From the NCBI GenBank assembly GCA_963545485.1, contig CAUUJG010000001.1, positions 35,919-99,918 on the forward strand: 64,000 nucleotides of DNA, written 5' to 3'. Shown here piece by piece: positions 55,618 through 64,000 of this stretch. Within the stretch, counting starts at the first letter, position 1. Every line of letters starts with the position of its first letter. Source of the DNA: an uncultured Clostridia bacterium. GTDB taxonomy: Bacteria > Bacillota > Clostridia > Christensenellales > CAG-917. The notes below the pieces were generated by a model. That model had not been told where the DNA came from. It did not search any database and worked only from the letters and a program-made list of their open reading frames with translations. The translations under genes were made by a program, and so were the position numbers.

Positions 55618-57301
55618 TTTTTTTCTTTTTCCTATAGTTTTTGATTGTGTTGCCTATATTTATAAGGTGATCAGCTATACGTTCTACATTTGCTACGAGT
55701 GAGAGAAACTGAGCACCGATTTCAGCAGTACATTGGTTTTTTGCAAGTCTTTCTATATGATTATTAGAAAGTTCTTCAGTATAGGCATCGACTTGATCTT
55801 CTATTTCATATGCCGCAGCTAAGGCATTTTCGTCTATTTTTACAAACGCCAGCATTATTTTGTCGTATAGCTGCTTAACTAGTTCCTGCAATTCAAAAAT
55901 TTCATTTACAGCAGTTTCTGAAAAAGATAATTTTTTTGATTCAAGTACTTGGGCATATTCAATTATATTTTTTGCGTAGTCACCAATTCGTTCTATATCA
56001 GATATCGTTTTAAACGAAGAGGATACAAAAATATGGTCAGTATTTGTTATTGGTCTATCTGATAGTTTTGTAAGGAATAAATGGATTCCTTTATATAAAA
56101 AATTTATCTGTTTCTCATTGCGATTAAAATTATCTACACACTGGAAATCAAGTTTGCAAATTGTTTCTATAGCTAAATTGAAGTTACGCATTGCAATAGA
56201 GGCCATGTTAAGAATTTCATTCTTTGTTTGAGCAACTGCAATTGGAGGCGTTGATAAAAAGTGAGGTTCAATATATACAAACTTAGGTTGATCAGGATCT
56301 TCCTTTTTAGGTTTTTCAGGTAATATTTTTTGTGAAAATTTAACAAATACGGATGTAAGAGGTAATGCCATAAGCATAGTTACAATATTAAACACAGCAT
56401 GAAATATTGCAATTTGTATCCCGGCATTTTTACCAATTTTGCCAAAGGCACTAGGAATTGAGTACATATGATGTGAAGCTGCGAACATAATCTGGTCTAC
56501 GAGAACAAATATAAAAGTTCCAAATATGTTGAACATCAGATGTATGACAGCAATTCGTTTTGCATTAGTTGTACTTGTGAATCCGGCAACAATAGCAACA
56601 ACACAAGACCCGATGTTACTGCCGAGAATGAGATATATTGCTTGGTTAATATTGATTAGTCCAGTTCCAAGTAAAACGATGAGGATACCGGTTATTAGTG
56701 ATGAGCTTTGAGCAAGTGCGGTTATTAAAGTTCCTATAAGAATTAAAAGTGCGAAGTTGTTTATATGAGATAGAAATGTTCTAAATTTTTCGCCAGCTGT
56801 AAATTTTCCAACTGCATCGCTCATAACCCAGAGTCCTAAAAATAAAAGACCGAGACCAGTTATAAATCCTGCAATATTTTTTAGTTTTTGTTTTTTTGCA
56901 AAAAGGTTGATTGAACCTCCAAATCCAGCGAGTGAAGCGAATACAATGCCGAGAGAAAAATATTTATCAAGTTGACCGAGAGATATTATGAGACCCGTAA
57001 TGGTAGTTCCAATATTGGCACCGAATACAACAGTTGCTGCTTGAGTTAATGTCATGATCCCGGCATTAACGAAACCGATAGTCATTACAGTAGTAGCACC
57101 AGAACTTTGTATTAAGCCCGTTGTTAAAGTACCGATACCTACACCAACAATTTTATTGTTCGAAGTTTTTTGAAATAGTTTTTTAATTTTGTCACTGGCG
57201 AGAATTTCTAAATTTTTACTTACAAAGGAAAGAGCCACTAAAAAACAACCTATACCGGCGATAAAAAGAAATAGTGAATTTACAATGGTTTTCGGTTCCA
57301 A
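55595..57301 (-). CDS. Na/Pi cotransporter family protein with PhoU-like C-terminal domain
   Basis: TTG start after GGAGG. Duplicated GANIGTT/GSNIGSC motifs within a multi-TM N-terminal half. Helical PhoU-like repeats in the C-terminal half. Confidence 0.88.
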   Translation of the reverse strand: MEPKTIVNSLFLFIAGIGCFLVALSFVSKNLEILASDKIKKLFQKTSNNKIVGVGIGTLTTGLIQSSGATTVMTIGFVNAGIMTLTQAATVVFGANIGTTITGLIISLGQLDKYFSLGIVFASLAGFGGSINLFAKKQKLKNIAGFITGLGLLFLGLWVMSDAVGKFTAGEKFRTFLSHINNFALLILIGTLITALAQSSSLITGILIVLLGTGLININQAIYLILGSNIGSCVVAIVAGFTSTTNAKRIAVIHLMFNIFGTFIFVLVDQIMFAASHHMYSIPSAFGKIGKNAGIQIAIFHAVFNIVTMLMALPLTSVFVKFSQKILPEKPKKEDPDQPKFVYIEPHFLSTPPIAVAQTKNEILNMASIAMRNFNLAIETICKLDFQCVDNFNRNEKQINFLYKGIHLFLTKLSDRPITNTDHIFVSSSFKTISDIERIGDYAKNIIEYAQVLESKKLSFSETAVNEIFELQELVKQLYDKIMLAFVKIDENALAAAYEIEDQVDAYTEELSNNHIERLAKNQCTAEIGAQFLSLVANVERIADHLINIGNTIKNYRKKKKNGIGNSK

Positions 57302-57402
57302 CCGTTTCCTCCAAGTATTTCATTAAAAGTATAGAAAATAAGAGGTGGCAAGTAAAATAATAGACAGTCCAGAGTGTGTCATTGTTATGGAATAGGCTTT
57401 CT

Positions 57403-57431
57403 TTGACTAAAAAAACGGTGAGTAATATAAT
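57403..57431 (+). promoter_or_regulatory. candidate promoter of the K+ uptake operon
   Basis: TTGACT (57403-57408), 17 nt, TATAAT (57426-57431), about 95 nt upstream of the TTG start. Confidence 0.55.
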
Positions 57432-57526
57432 TTAGGCATGGCGATTGAGCGATTAAATAATATAAAAATAACATGTAACATATCCGGAGAATATAGGATA
57501 TTCATTAAATAAATCGAGGAACTTTT

Positions 57527-58897
57527 TTGTTATTCGTAAAGAAGAAATTATCAACAAATTCTAAAACTCAGTTATTAACAACATCAAGACATCTAGTATT
57601 CGGTATGCTTCTTGTTATATTGGTTGGAAGCATTTTGTTTATATTGCCGATATCATATAGAGTTGAGAAGTTAGGAAGGATGAAATATATAGATGCACTT
57701 TTTCTTGCTACAAGTGCGACATGTGTAACAGGTTTATCTTCGATTGATGTTTCATCACAGCTAACAATTTTCGGACAGATAGTTCTTATGCTATTGATAC
57801 AAATAGGCGGTTTAGGGTTCATGACATTTACATCCGTTTTATATTTGTATTTTCTCAATAAGTTTTCATTATCTTCGCTTGTAACAATTAAAGATGATAT
57901 AAAAGCTGGCAGTAGACAAAATAGTAAGAGATATATTAGAGGCATTTTGATTTGGACTTTTTCTGTTGAAGGAATAGGTTTCCTTTTCTTATTGCCTGCA
58001 TTTAGTATTGGGCATACATTGAGCGGAGGAAAGGTATTTTGGAATGCGTTGTTTACATCTGTATCGGCATTTTGCAATGCGGGATTTTCAATATATGATG
58101 CGGATTCACTTATTAATTTAAATAGAAATTCATTACTTCTTATTGTTATTGCAGTATTAATAATTCTTGGCGGGATTGGGTTCCTTGTTGTAAGTGATGT
58201 ATGGAACAGCAAAAGTTGGGCTAGGTTTAAAATGCATACTCAGGTTGTTATTCTTGTTACAGTTTTTTTGTTGGCAGGAGGAACAATTTGGATTTTCGCA
58301 TCAGAGTATTCAAATGCTTTTGATGATATGTCATTTGGGAAGAAGTTGGTAAATGCGTTTTTCTTATCCACAACAGCGAGAACAGCGGGTTTTGCTAATG
58401 TCGATATGAGTAGTCTAAGACAGGGGACATCATCATTGCTCAGTTTCTTAATGTTTGTTGGAGCAAGCCCATCATCAACTGGAGGCGGCATAAAGACAAC
58501 AACACTTTTTATATTGATGGTTAATGTTTTCATAGTTATAAGACAGAAAAAGCGTGCTGTTATAAATCGACAGTCAATAGGTGGCGATGCTTTTAAAAAG
58601 GCGTCTGTTATTTTAATTATGGCAATTTTGGTTTTTGCAGTTTCAATTGGAATTTTGTCATACAGCAATGGAGAATTGGGACATCAAGAATTGATGTTTG
58701 AACAGATATCAGCATATTCAACAACGGGTCTTTCGATGGGCATAACACATAAATTGAGTGTAATAAGTAAGTTAGTTCTAATACTGTGTATGTTTATAGG
58801 AAGGGTTGGTGTTATAACATTTTTATTATCAATAGCAAGGACAAAAAATGTTGGAGACAGTAAAATAAAATATAGGGAAAGTACAATACAGGTATAA
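57527..58897 (+). CDS. ktrB: TrkH/KtrB-family K+ uptake membrane subunit
   Basis: Four pore-loop signatures (CVTGLSS, CNAGFSI, RTAGFAN, STTGLSMG). 456 aa. TTG start 6 nt after GAGGA. Confidence 0.9.
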   Translation: MLFVKKKLSTNSKTQLLTTSRHLVFGMLLVILVGSILFILPISYRVEKLGRMKYIDALFLATSATCVTGLSSIDVSSQLTIFGQIVLMLLIQIGGLGFMTFTSVLYLYFLNKFSLSSLVTIKDDIKAGSRQNSKRYIRGILIWTFSVEGIGFLFLLPAFSIGHTLSGGKVFWNALFTSVSAFCNAGFSIYDADSLINLNRNSLLLIVIAVLIILGGIGFLVVSDVWNSKSWARFKMHTQVVILVTVFLLAGGTIWIFASEYSNAFDDMSFGKKLVNAFFLSTTARTAGFANVDMSSLRQGTSSLLSFLMFVGASPSSTGGGIKTTTLFILMVNVFIVIRQKKRAVINRQSIGGDAFKKASVILIMAILVFAVSIGILSYSNGELGHQELMFEQISAYSTTGLSMGITHKLSVISKLVLILCMFIGRVGVITFLLSIARTKNVGDSKIKYRESTIQV

Positions 58898-58911
58898 AGA
58901 AAGAGGTAGGT

Positions 58912-59607
58912 ATGTTTCGTAAAAATAGAAAAAAAATGATGACTAGTAAAAAATATGCAATTTTGGGATTAGGTCGTTTTGGGGTAGAAATTGCGAAAAA
59001 TCTTAGTGAACTTGGATGTGAAATTTTAGCGGTTGATCAGGATAAGGAAGCTCTTAAATCTTTGGAAAATATAGCTACATACTCTGCAGAAGCTGACATT
59101 GCAGATGAAGGAGTTTTAAGAGACCTAGATATTCAGGATTTTGACGGAGTCATAGTTGCTGTTGGAGATAATTTACAATCTTCAATTATGTGTACCCAGA
59201 TATGTAAAGAACTAGGTGCAAAATATATTGTGGCTAAAGCAAAAAACGAAACGCATGCAAAAATTCTTGAAAAACTTGGAGCTGATAAAATAGTATTTCC
59301 AGAAGTTTATACAGCACAGAGACTTGCAACGGTATTGTTTAATCCAAATATAAATGAACTTGTTGAAATGGAAGATGGATATTCAATAGCTCAAATTTCA
59401 TTGCCGGAATCTTGGGAAGGTAAAAATATTATTGGATTGGATATAAGGAAGCAGTATGACCTGAATATTTTGTTTGTAATAAGTGCGGAAGGAGTACTGG
59501 TACCGACGCCAGTAAGACAGTTTGCCAAAGGAGACAAAGTAGTCATTGGTGGACTTAATGAAGTTGTGACCGATTTCTTGACTAAGGAAATTAATAATCG
59601 GGGATAA
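58912..59607 (+). CDS. ktrA: TrkA/KtrA-family K+ uptake regulatory subunit (RCK/KTN)
   Basis: Rossmann motif AILGLGRFG followed by a C-terminal RCK_C-like region. 231 aa. Confidence 0.9.
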   Translation: MFRKNRKKMMTSKKYAILGLGRFGVEIAKNLSELGCEILAVDQDKEALKSLENIATYSAEADIADEGVLRDLDIQDFDGVIVAVGDNLQSSIMCTQICKELGAKYIVAKAKNETHAKILEKLGADKIVFPEVYTAQRLATVLFNPNINELVEMEDGYSIAQISLPESWEGKNIIGLDIRKQYDLNILFVISAEGVLVPTPVRQFAKGDKVVIGGLNEVVTDFLTKEINNRG

Positions 59608-59837
59608 GATTGTTTATTAAGTAACTTTTAATAGAAATTCAAGTTGCTTAGTTAACTTTCAGAAAGATAGACGCACTTAATATAAAAGTTATGTCTACTT
59701 TTTGTTAAATGATGTAGTTGTTCAATAATTATTTATCATAACAATATATAAATAAATAATTATGTTAATTTAATTAACCACCTTTATTTTAGTTACTTTA
59801 TGAATATACAAAGTGTTAGAATAGTCGTTGAGGGAAA

Positions 59838-60134
59838 ATGATAGATAAGAAACAGCGAACACAATTAAGAAAGTTGGCAATGTTGGAAGACAGTGTATAT
59901 ACAATAGGGAAATTGGGAATCAGCGATAATTTAATCGCAACACTTTCTGATGCACTTGATGCAAAAGAGCTTATAAAAGTATCTGTATTAAAAACAGCAC
60001 CAGCAGGGATAAAAGATCTTGGGAATCAGTTAGTAGAAGCCCTTAATGCGGAGATAGTTACATTAATCGGATTCAAGATTATTCTTTATCGTAGAAGTAA
60101 TAAAAAGAATATCAAGCATAGACTGGATATATGA
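59838..60134 (+). CDS. yhbY: YhbY-like CRM-domain RNA-binding protein
   Basis: 98 aa. KQRTQLRKLAMLEDSVYTIGKLGISDNLIATLSDALDAKELIKVSVL is typical of YhbY. An extended -10 (TGtTAGAAT, 59814-59822) lies upstream. Confidence 0.88.
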   Translation: MIDKKQRTQLRKLAMLEDSVYTIGKLGISDNLIATLSDALDAKELIKVSVLKTAPAGIKDLGNQLVEALNAEIVTLIGFKIILYRRSNKKNIKHRLDI

Positions 60135-60310
60135 AAGACAAGACTAAGTTGATTCCGGAAAACAAAAATATAGATAAAAAAGAAAAAAGCGATATTGAAA
60201 AATATCGTGAAATGAAAAAAGGAAAAGGCAGAGCGGAAACACAGAGATTCAAGAAACAATATTTTGAGCTTTATGATGATGTTAAAATTAACCATAGAGA
60301 GGATTGGTAG
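60131..60310 (+). CDS. 59-aa Lys-rich small ORF bridging yhbY and typA (hypothetical)
   Basis: Below the ORF-track cutoff. ATG 60131 overlaps the yhbY stop (ATATGA). Its TAG 60308-60310 abuts the typA ATG. Translation: MKDKTKLIPENKNIDKKEKSDIEKYREMKKGKGRAETQRFKKQYFELYDDVKINHREDW. Confidence 0.4.
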   Translation: MKDKTKLIPENKNIDKKEKSDIEKYREMKKGKGRAETQRFKKQYFELYDDVKINHREDW

Positions 60311-62137
60311 ATGATAAGAGAGGATTTAAGGAATATTGCAATTATAGCTCACGTAGACCACGGCAAAACAACATTGGTAGATGGTATGTTGAGACAGTCC
60401 GGTACATTTAGAGAAAATCAGCAAGTAGAGACAAGAGTAATGGATTCGGGAGATATTGAAAGAGAAAGGGGAATTACAATATTAGCGAAAAATACATCTA
60501 TCAAATATGGGGATGTTAAGATTAATATTATTGATACCCCGGGGCATGCCGATTTTTCAGGAGAAGTAGAAAGAGTACTCAAAATGGTTAATGGAGTTAT
60601 TCTCCTTGTTGATTCGGTTGAAGGACCTATGCCACAAACAAGATTCGTGCTTGAAAAAGCATTAAATTTGGGACATAAGATTATTATCATAGTAAATAAA
60701 ATGGATAAACCAGATGCACGATGTGCTGAAGTTGCAGAAGAAGTGTTAGAACTTTTGCTTGATCTTGATGCAACGGATGAACAATTAAGTAGTCCAATTT
60801 TATATTGTTCGGGAAGAGATGCAACGGCGACATTGGATCCAGATAAAAAAGGTATAGATTTAAAACCACTCTTCGACACAATATTAAGACATATGCCGGC
60901 ACCAGAAGGCGAAGCGGATGCCTCCCTACAGATTATGGTTTCAGCTATAGATTATAATGATTATGTAGGTAGAATAGGTATTGGTAGAATAGAAAGAGGA
61001 ACAGTTAAAAGTAATCAAGAAGTTACGATATGTGATTTCAATTCTGGAATTTCTCCATATAAAGGGAAAATAGCAAATCTTTATCAAATAGATGGTTTAA
61101 AGAGAACACCGATACAAGATGCTAAAGTTGGCGATATTGTATGTTTTAGTGGTATACCAAATGTAACTATAGGTAATACTATTTGTTCAAATGATAAGAT
61201 AGAGCCAGTTAAGTTTGTAAATATAGGTGAACCTACCATTGAAATGTATTTTTCTGTGAATGATGGACCTTTTGCAGGGAAGGAGGGTAAATTCCTTACA
61301 TCAAGACACATCAAAGACAGACTAGAAAAAGAACTTTTAAAAGATGTATCTTTAAGAGTTTATGCGACAGAGAGTGCAGATACATTTAAAGTTTGTGGAA
61401 GAGGTGAGATGCATCTGTCTATTCTTATAGAAACAATGCGTCGTGAAGGATATGAATTTTGTGTTAGCCCACCAAAAGTTATTTTTAAAGAGGTAGATGG
61501 TAAAAAATTAGAGCCAATTGAAAGATTATATCTTGATGTTCCAACAGAAGACGTAGGATCTGTTATGGAAAGAATGGGGAATAGAAAAGGTGAGCTTATA
61601 ACCATGACGCCGAGTGGTAGTAGAATTAAAATGGAATTCAAAGTGCCAAGTAGAGGCTTGTTTGGGTTCAAAAATGAATTATTGACGGACACTAAAGGAG
61701 AAGGAATAATGAACCAGCTGTTTGATGGTTATGCCCCATATAAAGGTGAAATAGCTAGACGAAATACAGGCTCACTTATAGCGTTTGAGACCGGAGAGGC
61801 AAACACTTATGGGCTGTTTAACGCACAGGAAAGAGGAATTCTCTTTATTACGCCACAGACAAAGGTATACGAAGGCATGGTAGTTGGAATGTGTCCTAAA
61901 GCTGAAGATTTAAGAGTAAATGTTTGTAAGAAAAAAGCAGTTACAAACATGAGGGCAGCAGGCTCTGATGAAGCACTTAAGTTGGTAACACCAAGAGTAT
62001 TCAGTTTGGAAGAATCAATAGAATTTATTAATGCGGATGAAAGACTGGAAATAACTCCACAAAACATTAGAATAAGAAAGGCAATTCTTTCTGCGGCAGA
62101 AAGAATGAGACAGAACGCAAAAAGCAAGAACAATTAA
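60311..62137 (+). CDS. typA: translational GTPase TypA/BipA
   Basis: IAIIAHVDHGKTTLVD, DTPGHADF and NKMD motifs. 608 aa. Confidence 0.96.
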   Translation: MIREDLRNIAIIAHVDHGKTTLVDGMLRQSGTFRENQQVETRVMDSGDIERERGITILAKNTSIKYGDVKINIIDTPGHADFSGEVERVLKMVNGVILLVDSVEGPMPQTRFVLEKALNLGHKIIIIVNKMDKPDARCAEVAEEVLELLLDLDATDEQLSSPILYCSGRDATATLDPDKKGIDLKPLFDTILRHMPAPEGEADASLQIMVSAIDYNDYVGRIGIGRIERGTVKSNQEVTICDFNSGISPYKGKIANLYQIDGLKRTPIQDAKVGDIVCFSGIPNVTIGNTICSNDKIEPVKFVNIGEPTIEMYFSVNDGPFAGKEGKFLTSRHIKDRLEKELLKDVSLRVYATESADTFKVCGRGEMHLSILIETMRREGYEFCVSPPKVIFKEVDGKKLEPIERLYLDVPTEDVGSVMERMGNRKGELITMTPSGSRIKMEFKVPSRGLFGFKNELLTDTKGEGIMNQLFDGYAPYKGEIARRNTGSLIAFETGEANTYGLFNAQERGILFITPQTKVYEGMVVGMCPKAEDLRVNVCKKKAVTNMRAAGSDEALKLVTPRVFSLEESIEFINADERLEITPQNIRIRKAILSAAERMRQNAKSKNN

Positions 62138-62455
62138 ATATATTGGTAAAGTTCTAGCAATAAATGAATCAGTCGTGTCGGCAAGTTTAGCGATTGCAGG
62201 TTGTTTAAGATTATATAATTGTGTCTAAAAGTAAAAATGTATTTGAGTAGGTTAATGCATTTAAAAATCCCGATCAATTATTAATATGGATTAGAAGATG
62301 TGCTAAATTGTTCTTATTCGAGATGACACAAGAACATCTTTGAGAAATAGGGGTTGATAAGAACCAATTATATTAATGAATTTTGTATATATACATTAAA
62401 TATATAGAATCTAACGGCAGTACATATTAATAAGTAAAATAGATATAACTTTTAT

Positions 62456-62490
62456 TTGACTCATACTAGATAGTTAAATACAATAAACTT
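62456..62490 (+). promoter_or_regulatory. promoter of the second ABC copy, same architecture as 32303-32338
   Basis: TTGACT (62456-62461), 17 nt, TACAAT (62479-62484). Motif AGTTAAATACAATAAACTT spans 62472-62490. The GTG start lies 9 nt after the -10, with no SD. Confidence 0.55.
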
Positions 62491-62493
62491 GAT

Positions 62494-64000
62494 GTGAATA
62501 AAGAGGGCAAATATTTAATAGAACTTAAAGATATTGGTAAGATATATGACACTAATAATATTTACACAATTGGTATTCGTCATATTAATCTTAAATTCAA
62601 GCTCAACGAATTTGTAACAATAGAAGGGGAATCAGGCTCGGGGAAATCCACCTTATTAAATGTAATAGCATCTAATGACACCTACGAAGAAGGAGAGATG
62701 TATTTCAAAGGGATTGAAACATCACACTATTCAGAGAAGGAGTGGGATCAATATAGAGAGAATAACATTGCGTTTATATTCCAAGATTTTAATATTTTAG
62801 AAAATCTCACAGTACTTGAAAATATGGAACTTGCATTGTTCTACCTGAAGAATATCGCAATGCGGAAAGAAAGGGCGAAGGAACTTATAAAGAGGGTTGG
62901 ACTTGAACAACAAATAAACCAGAGAGCAAGCCAATTATCAGGTGGGGAAAAGCAAAGGACAGTTATTGCGAGGGCACTTGCGAAGAATTCTCCAATAATA
63001 TTGGCAGATGAACCTACTGGGAATTTAGACAGCAAGTCGGCTGAGGGAATTGCTGGGCTATTAAAAGAAATTTCAAAGGATAAACTGGTAATTGTGGTAA
63101 CGCATAATGCAGAATATTTTGGGCAATATTCAACAAGGGAAATCTGTATTCACGATGGCGGAATTGTGTCAGACGAGAAGAAGGAAGAGGAAGAGATCGA
63201 GACGGCAGAATGGGAAGAGGCAAAGAAAGAGCCATGTGATGCAAAAAGGAATGTGCTCTGGTTAGGCTCTCTAAATTACAAGAGTAGACCAAAGTTTACG
63301 ATTTTAATGTCCGCAATCTTATTAACCTTTTCAATTGCATTGTTTGCAATAGTTAGCATATTTGCGGATCAAATTAGAAGACCATTACGGCAGTCAGTTT
63401 CTCAAACCCCAATAAATGGTAAGGCAATTATAAAAGATGTAACTGGTAGAAACATAACTGATGATGATATGAAAAAACTTGTTAAAGAAACAAAGGCAAA
63501 TTATGTTTTTAAGAACAATGTTTATTCTGAGATTGTTTCAACAATAGAGTCAGAGGGAAATACGAAAGAGATTAAATTTATCTACGACCCATACAAGTAC
63601 ACATTAAAAGAAAATGAAGCAGTTCTACAAATTTCTTATTCATTGAGATATAATGTAGAACACATTAAGAAAACATTAAAAGCTCTTAATATAAAAGTAG
63701 AAAAAATAAAGGTTAAAAAGACATTAAAACAAAACACAATAAACATATACTGTTCAAGAAATACGATGTATAGGTATGGCGAAATATTGAAGACTCTAAA
63801 TAGTGAAGTTGAAATTGGAACTAGAAAGACAAGAATACTTAGATATAAGCCATCTAAAGAAGTTGAGAAGGGACATGTTAGACTAATTAACTTCAAATAC
63901 TGGATAGGGGAAACAAATAGAGTCTTTTTAAATCAATTTGGCTCAAAGGCATATACGATAGATGACAAAACCAAAGTAGATAATTCAGAGCCAGGCACGG
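62494..64000 (+). CDS. MacB-type ABC ATPase-permease fusion, paralog of 32343..34436 (3' end outside window)
   Basis: Absent from the ORF track because it has no stop in the window. From GTG 62494 it reads VNKEGKYLIELKDIGKIYDTNNIYTIGIRHINL...GESGSGKST...LSGGEKQRTVIARALAKNSPIILADEPTGNLD...VTHNAEYF. A TM follows (FTILMSAILLTFSIALFAIVSIF), then an extracytoplasmic domain collinear with subunit A. Confidence 0.85.
   Translation, partial: MNKEGKYLIELKDIGKIYDTNNIYTIGIRHINLKFKLNEFVTIEGESGSGKSTLLNVIASNDTYEEGEMYFKGIETSHYSEKEWDQYRENNIAFIFQDFNILENLTVLENMELALFYLKNIAMRKERAKELIKRVGLEQQINQRASQLSGGEKQRTVIARALAKNSPIILADEPTGNLDSKSAEGIAGLLKEISKDKLVIVVTHNAEYFGQYSTREICIHDGGIVSDEKKEEEEIETAEWEEAKKEPCDAKRNVLWLGSLNYKSRPKFTILMSAILLTFSIALFAIVSIFADQIRRPLRQSVSQTPINGKAIIKDVTGRNITDDDMKKLVKETKANYVFKNNVYSEIVSTIESEGNTKEIKFIYDPYKYTLKENEAVLQISYSLRYNVEHIKKTLKALNIKVEKIKVKKTLKQNTINIYCSRNTMYRYGEILKTLNSEVEIGTRKTRILRYKPSKEVEKGHVRLINFKYWIGETNRVFLNQFGSKAYTIDDKTKVDNSEPGT

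Noticed and set aside
57568-58668. Minus-strand ORFs of 214 and 142 aa inside the TrkH/KtrB gene. Similar embedded ORFs occur inside the antiporter (29099..30325, + strand) and typA (60418..62133, - strand).
   Set aside because: They are embedded antisense to well-supported genes, with no independent signals.
59650-59662. Isolated AGTTAACT palindrome in the ktrA-yhbY spacer as a seventh operator site
   Set aside because: It is a single 8-bp self-complementary word without the spaced two-arm structure, and it is not next to a lipoprotein or ABC promoter. It is noted only as a caution that such words occur by chance in AT-rich DNA.

Overview
AT-rich Bacillota (Firmicutes)-type chromosomal segment using the standard bacterial genetic code (TGA acts as a stop). 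I cannot place it more precisely from sequence alone.

Layout:
(1) 1-4.0 kb: the end of trpS, then a DUF5685 gene, a Cys-rich J-like gene and a membrane-protein gene. After these comes a three-gene HipB/HipS/HipT-like toxin-antitoxin module whose HTH gene is frameshifted.
(2) 4.2-19.7 kb: a complete, tightly packed S10-spc-alpha ribosomal superoperon on the + strand, running rpsJ to rplQ and including secY, adk, map, infA, rpmJ and rpoA.
(3) 19.9-27.6 kb: housekeeping genes (a lipoprotein, a ttcA-like gene, fba, an HTH protein, holA, and cdaA-DUF1015-aspartate kinase).
(4) 27.6-54.9 kb: an accessory region.
- Two paralogous AAA/DUF4143-type ATPases flank a cation/H+ antiporter. Each ATPase is preceded by an A-tract repeat array.
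- A block of about 20.5 kb is bracketed by minus-strand tRNA genes (Gln/Lys on the left; His/Arg/Gly/Gly on the right).
- That block encodes two MacB-type NBD-permease fusion ABC genes (the second one split), two giant lipoproteins (1022 and 1309 aa), a membrane-anchored S1 serine protease, an Ala/Val/Gly-rich membrane protein with a His-rich tail, and an internally duplicated partner protein.
- It also holds two more repeat-rich lipoproteins that share one 5' expression/secretion cassette.
- A truncated paralog of the first giant lipoprotein lies just beyond the tRNA cluster.
(5) 55-62 kb: core genes (rdgB, a Na/Pi cotransporter, ktrBA-like genes, yhbY, typA).
(6) 62,494 to the window end: a second copy of the first ABC fusion gene with the same promoter architecture. 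It is missing from the supplied ORF track because it runs off the window edge.

Most interesting candidate: the ABC-pair, giant-lipoprotein, protease and membrane-protein block. It is linked by a recurring AGTTWA..TWAACT palindrome at six promoters, and I cannot map it to any characterised system. No transposase, integrase, CRISPR array or rRNA gene was seen.
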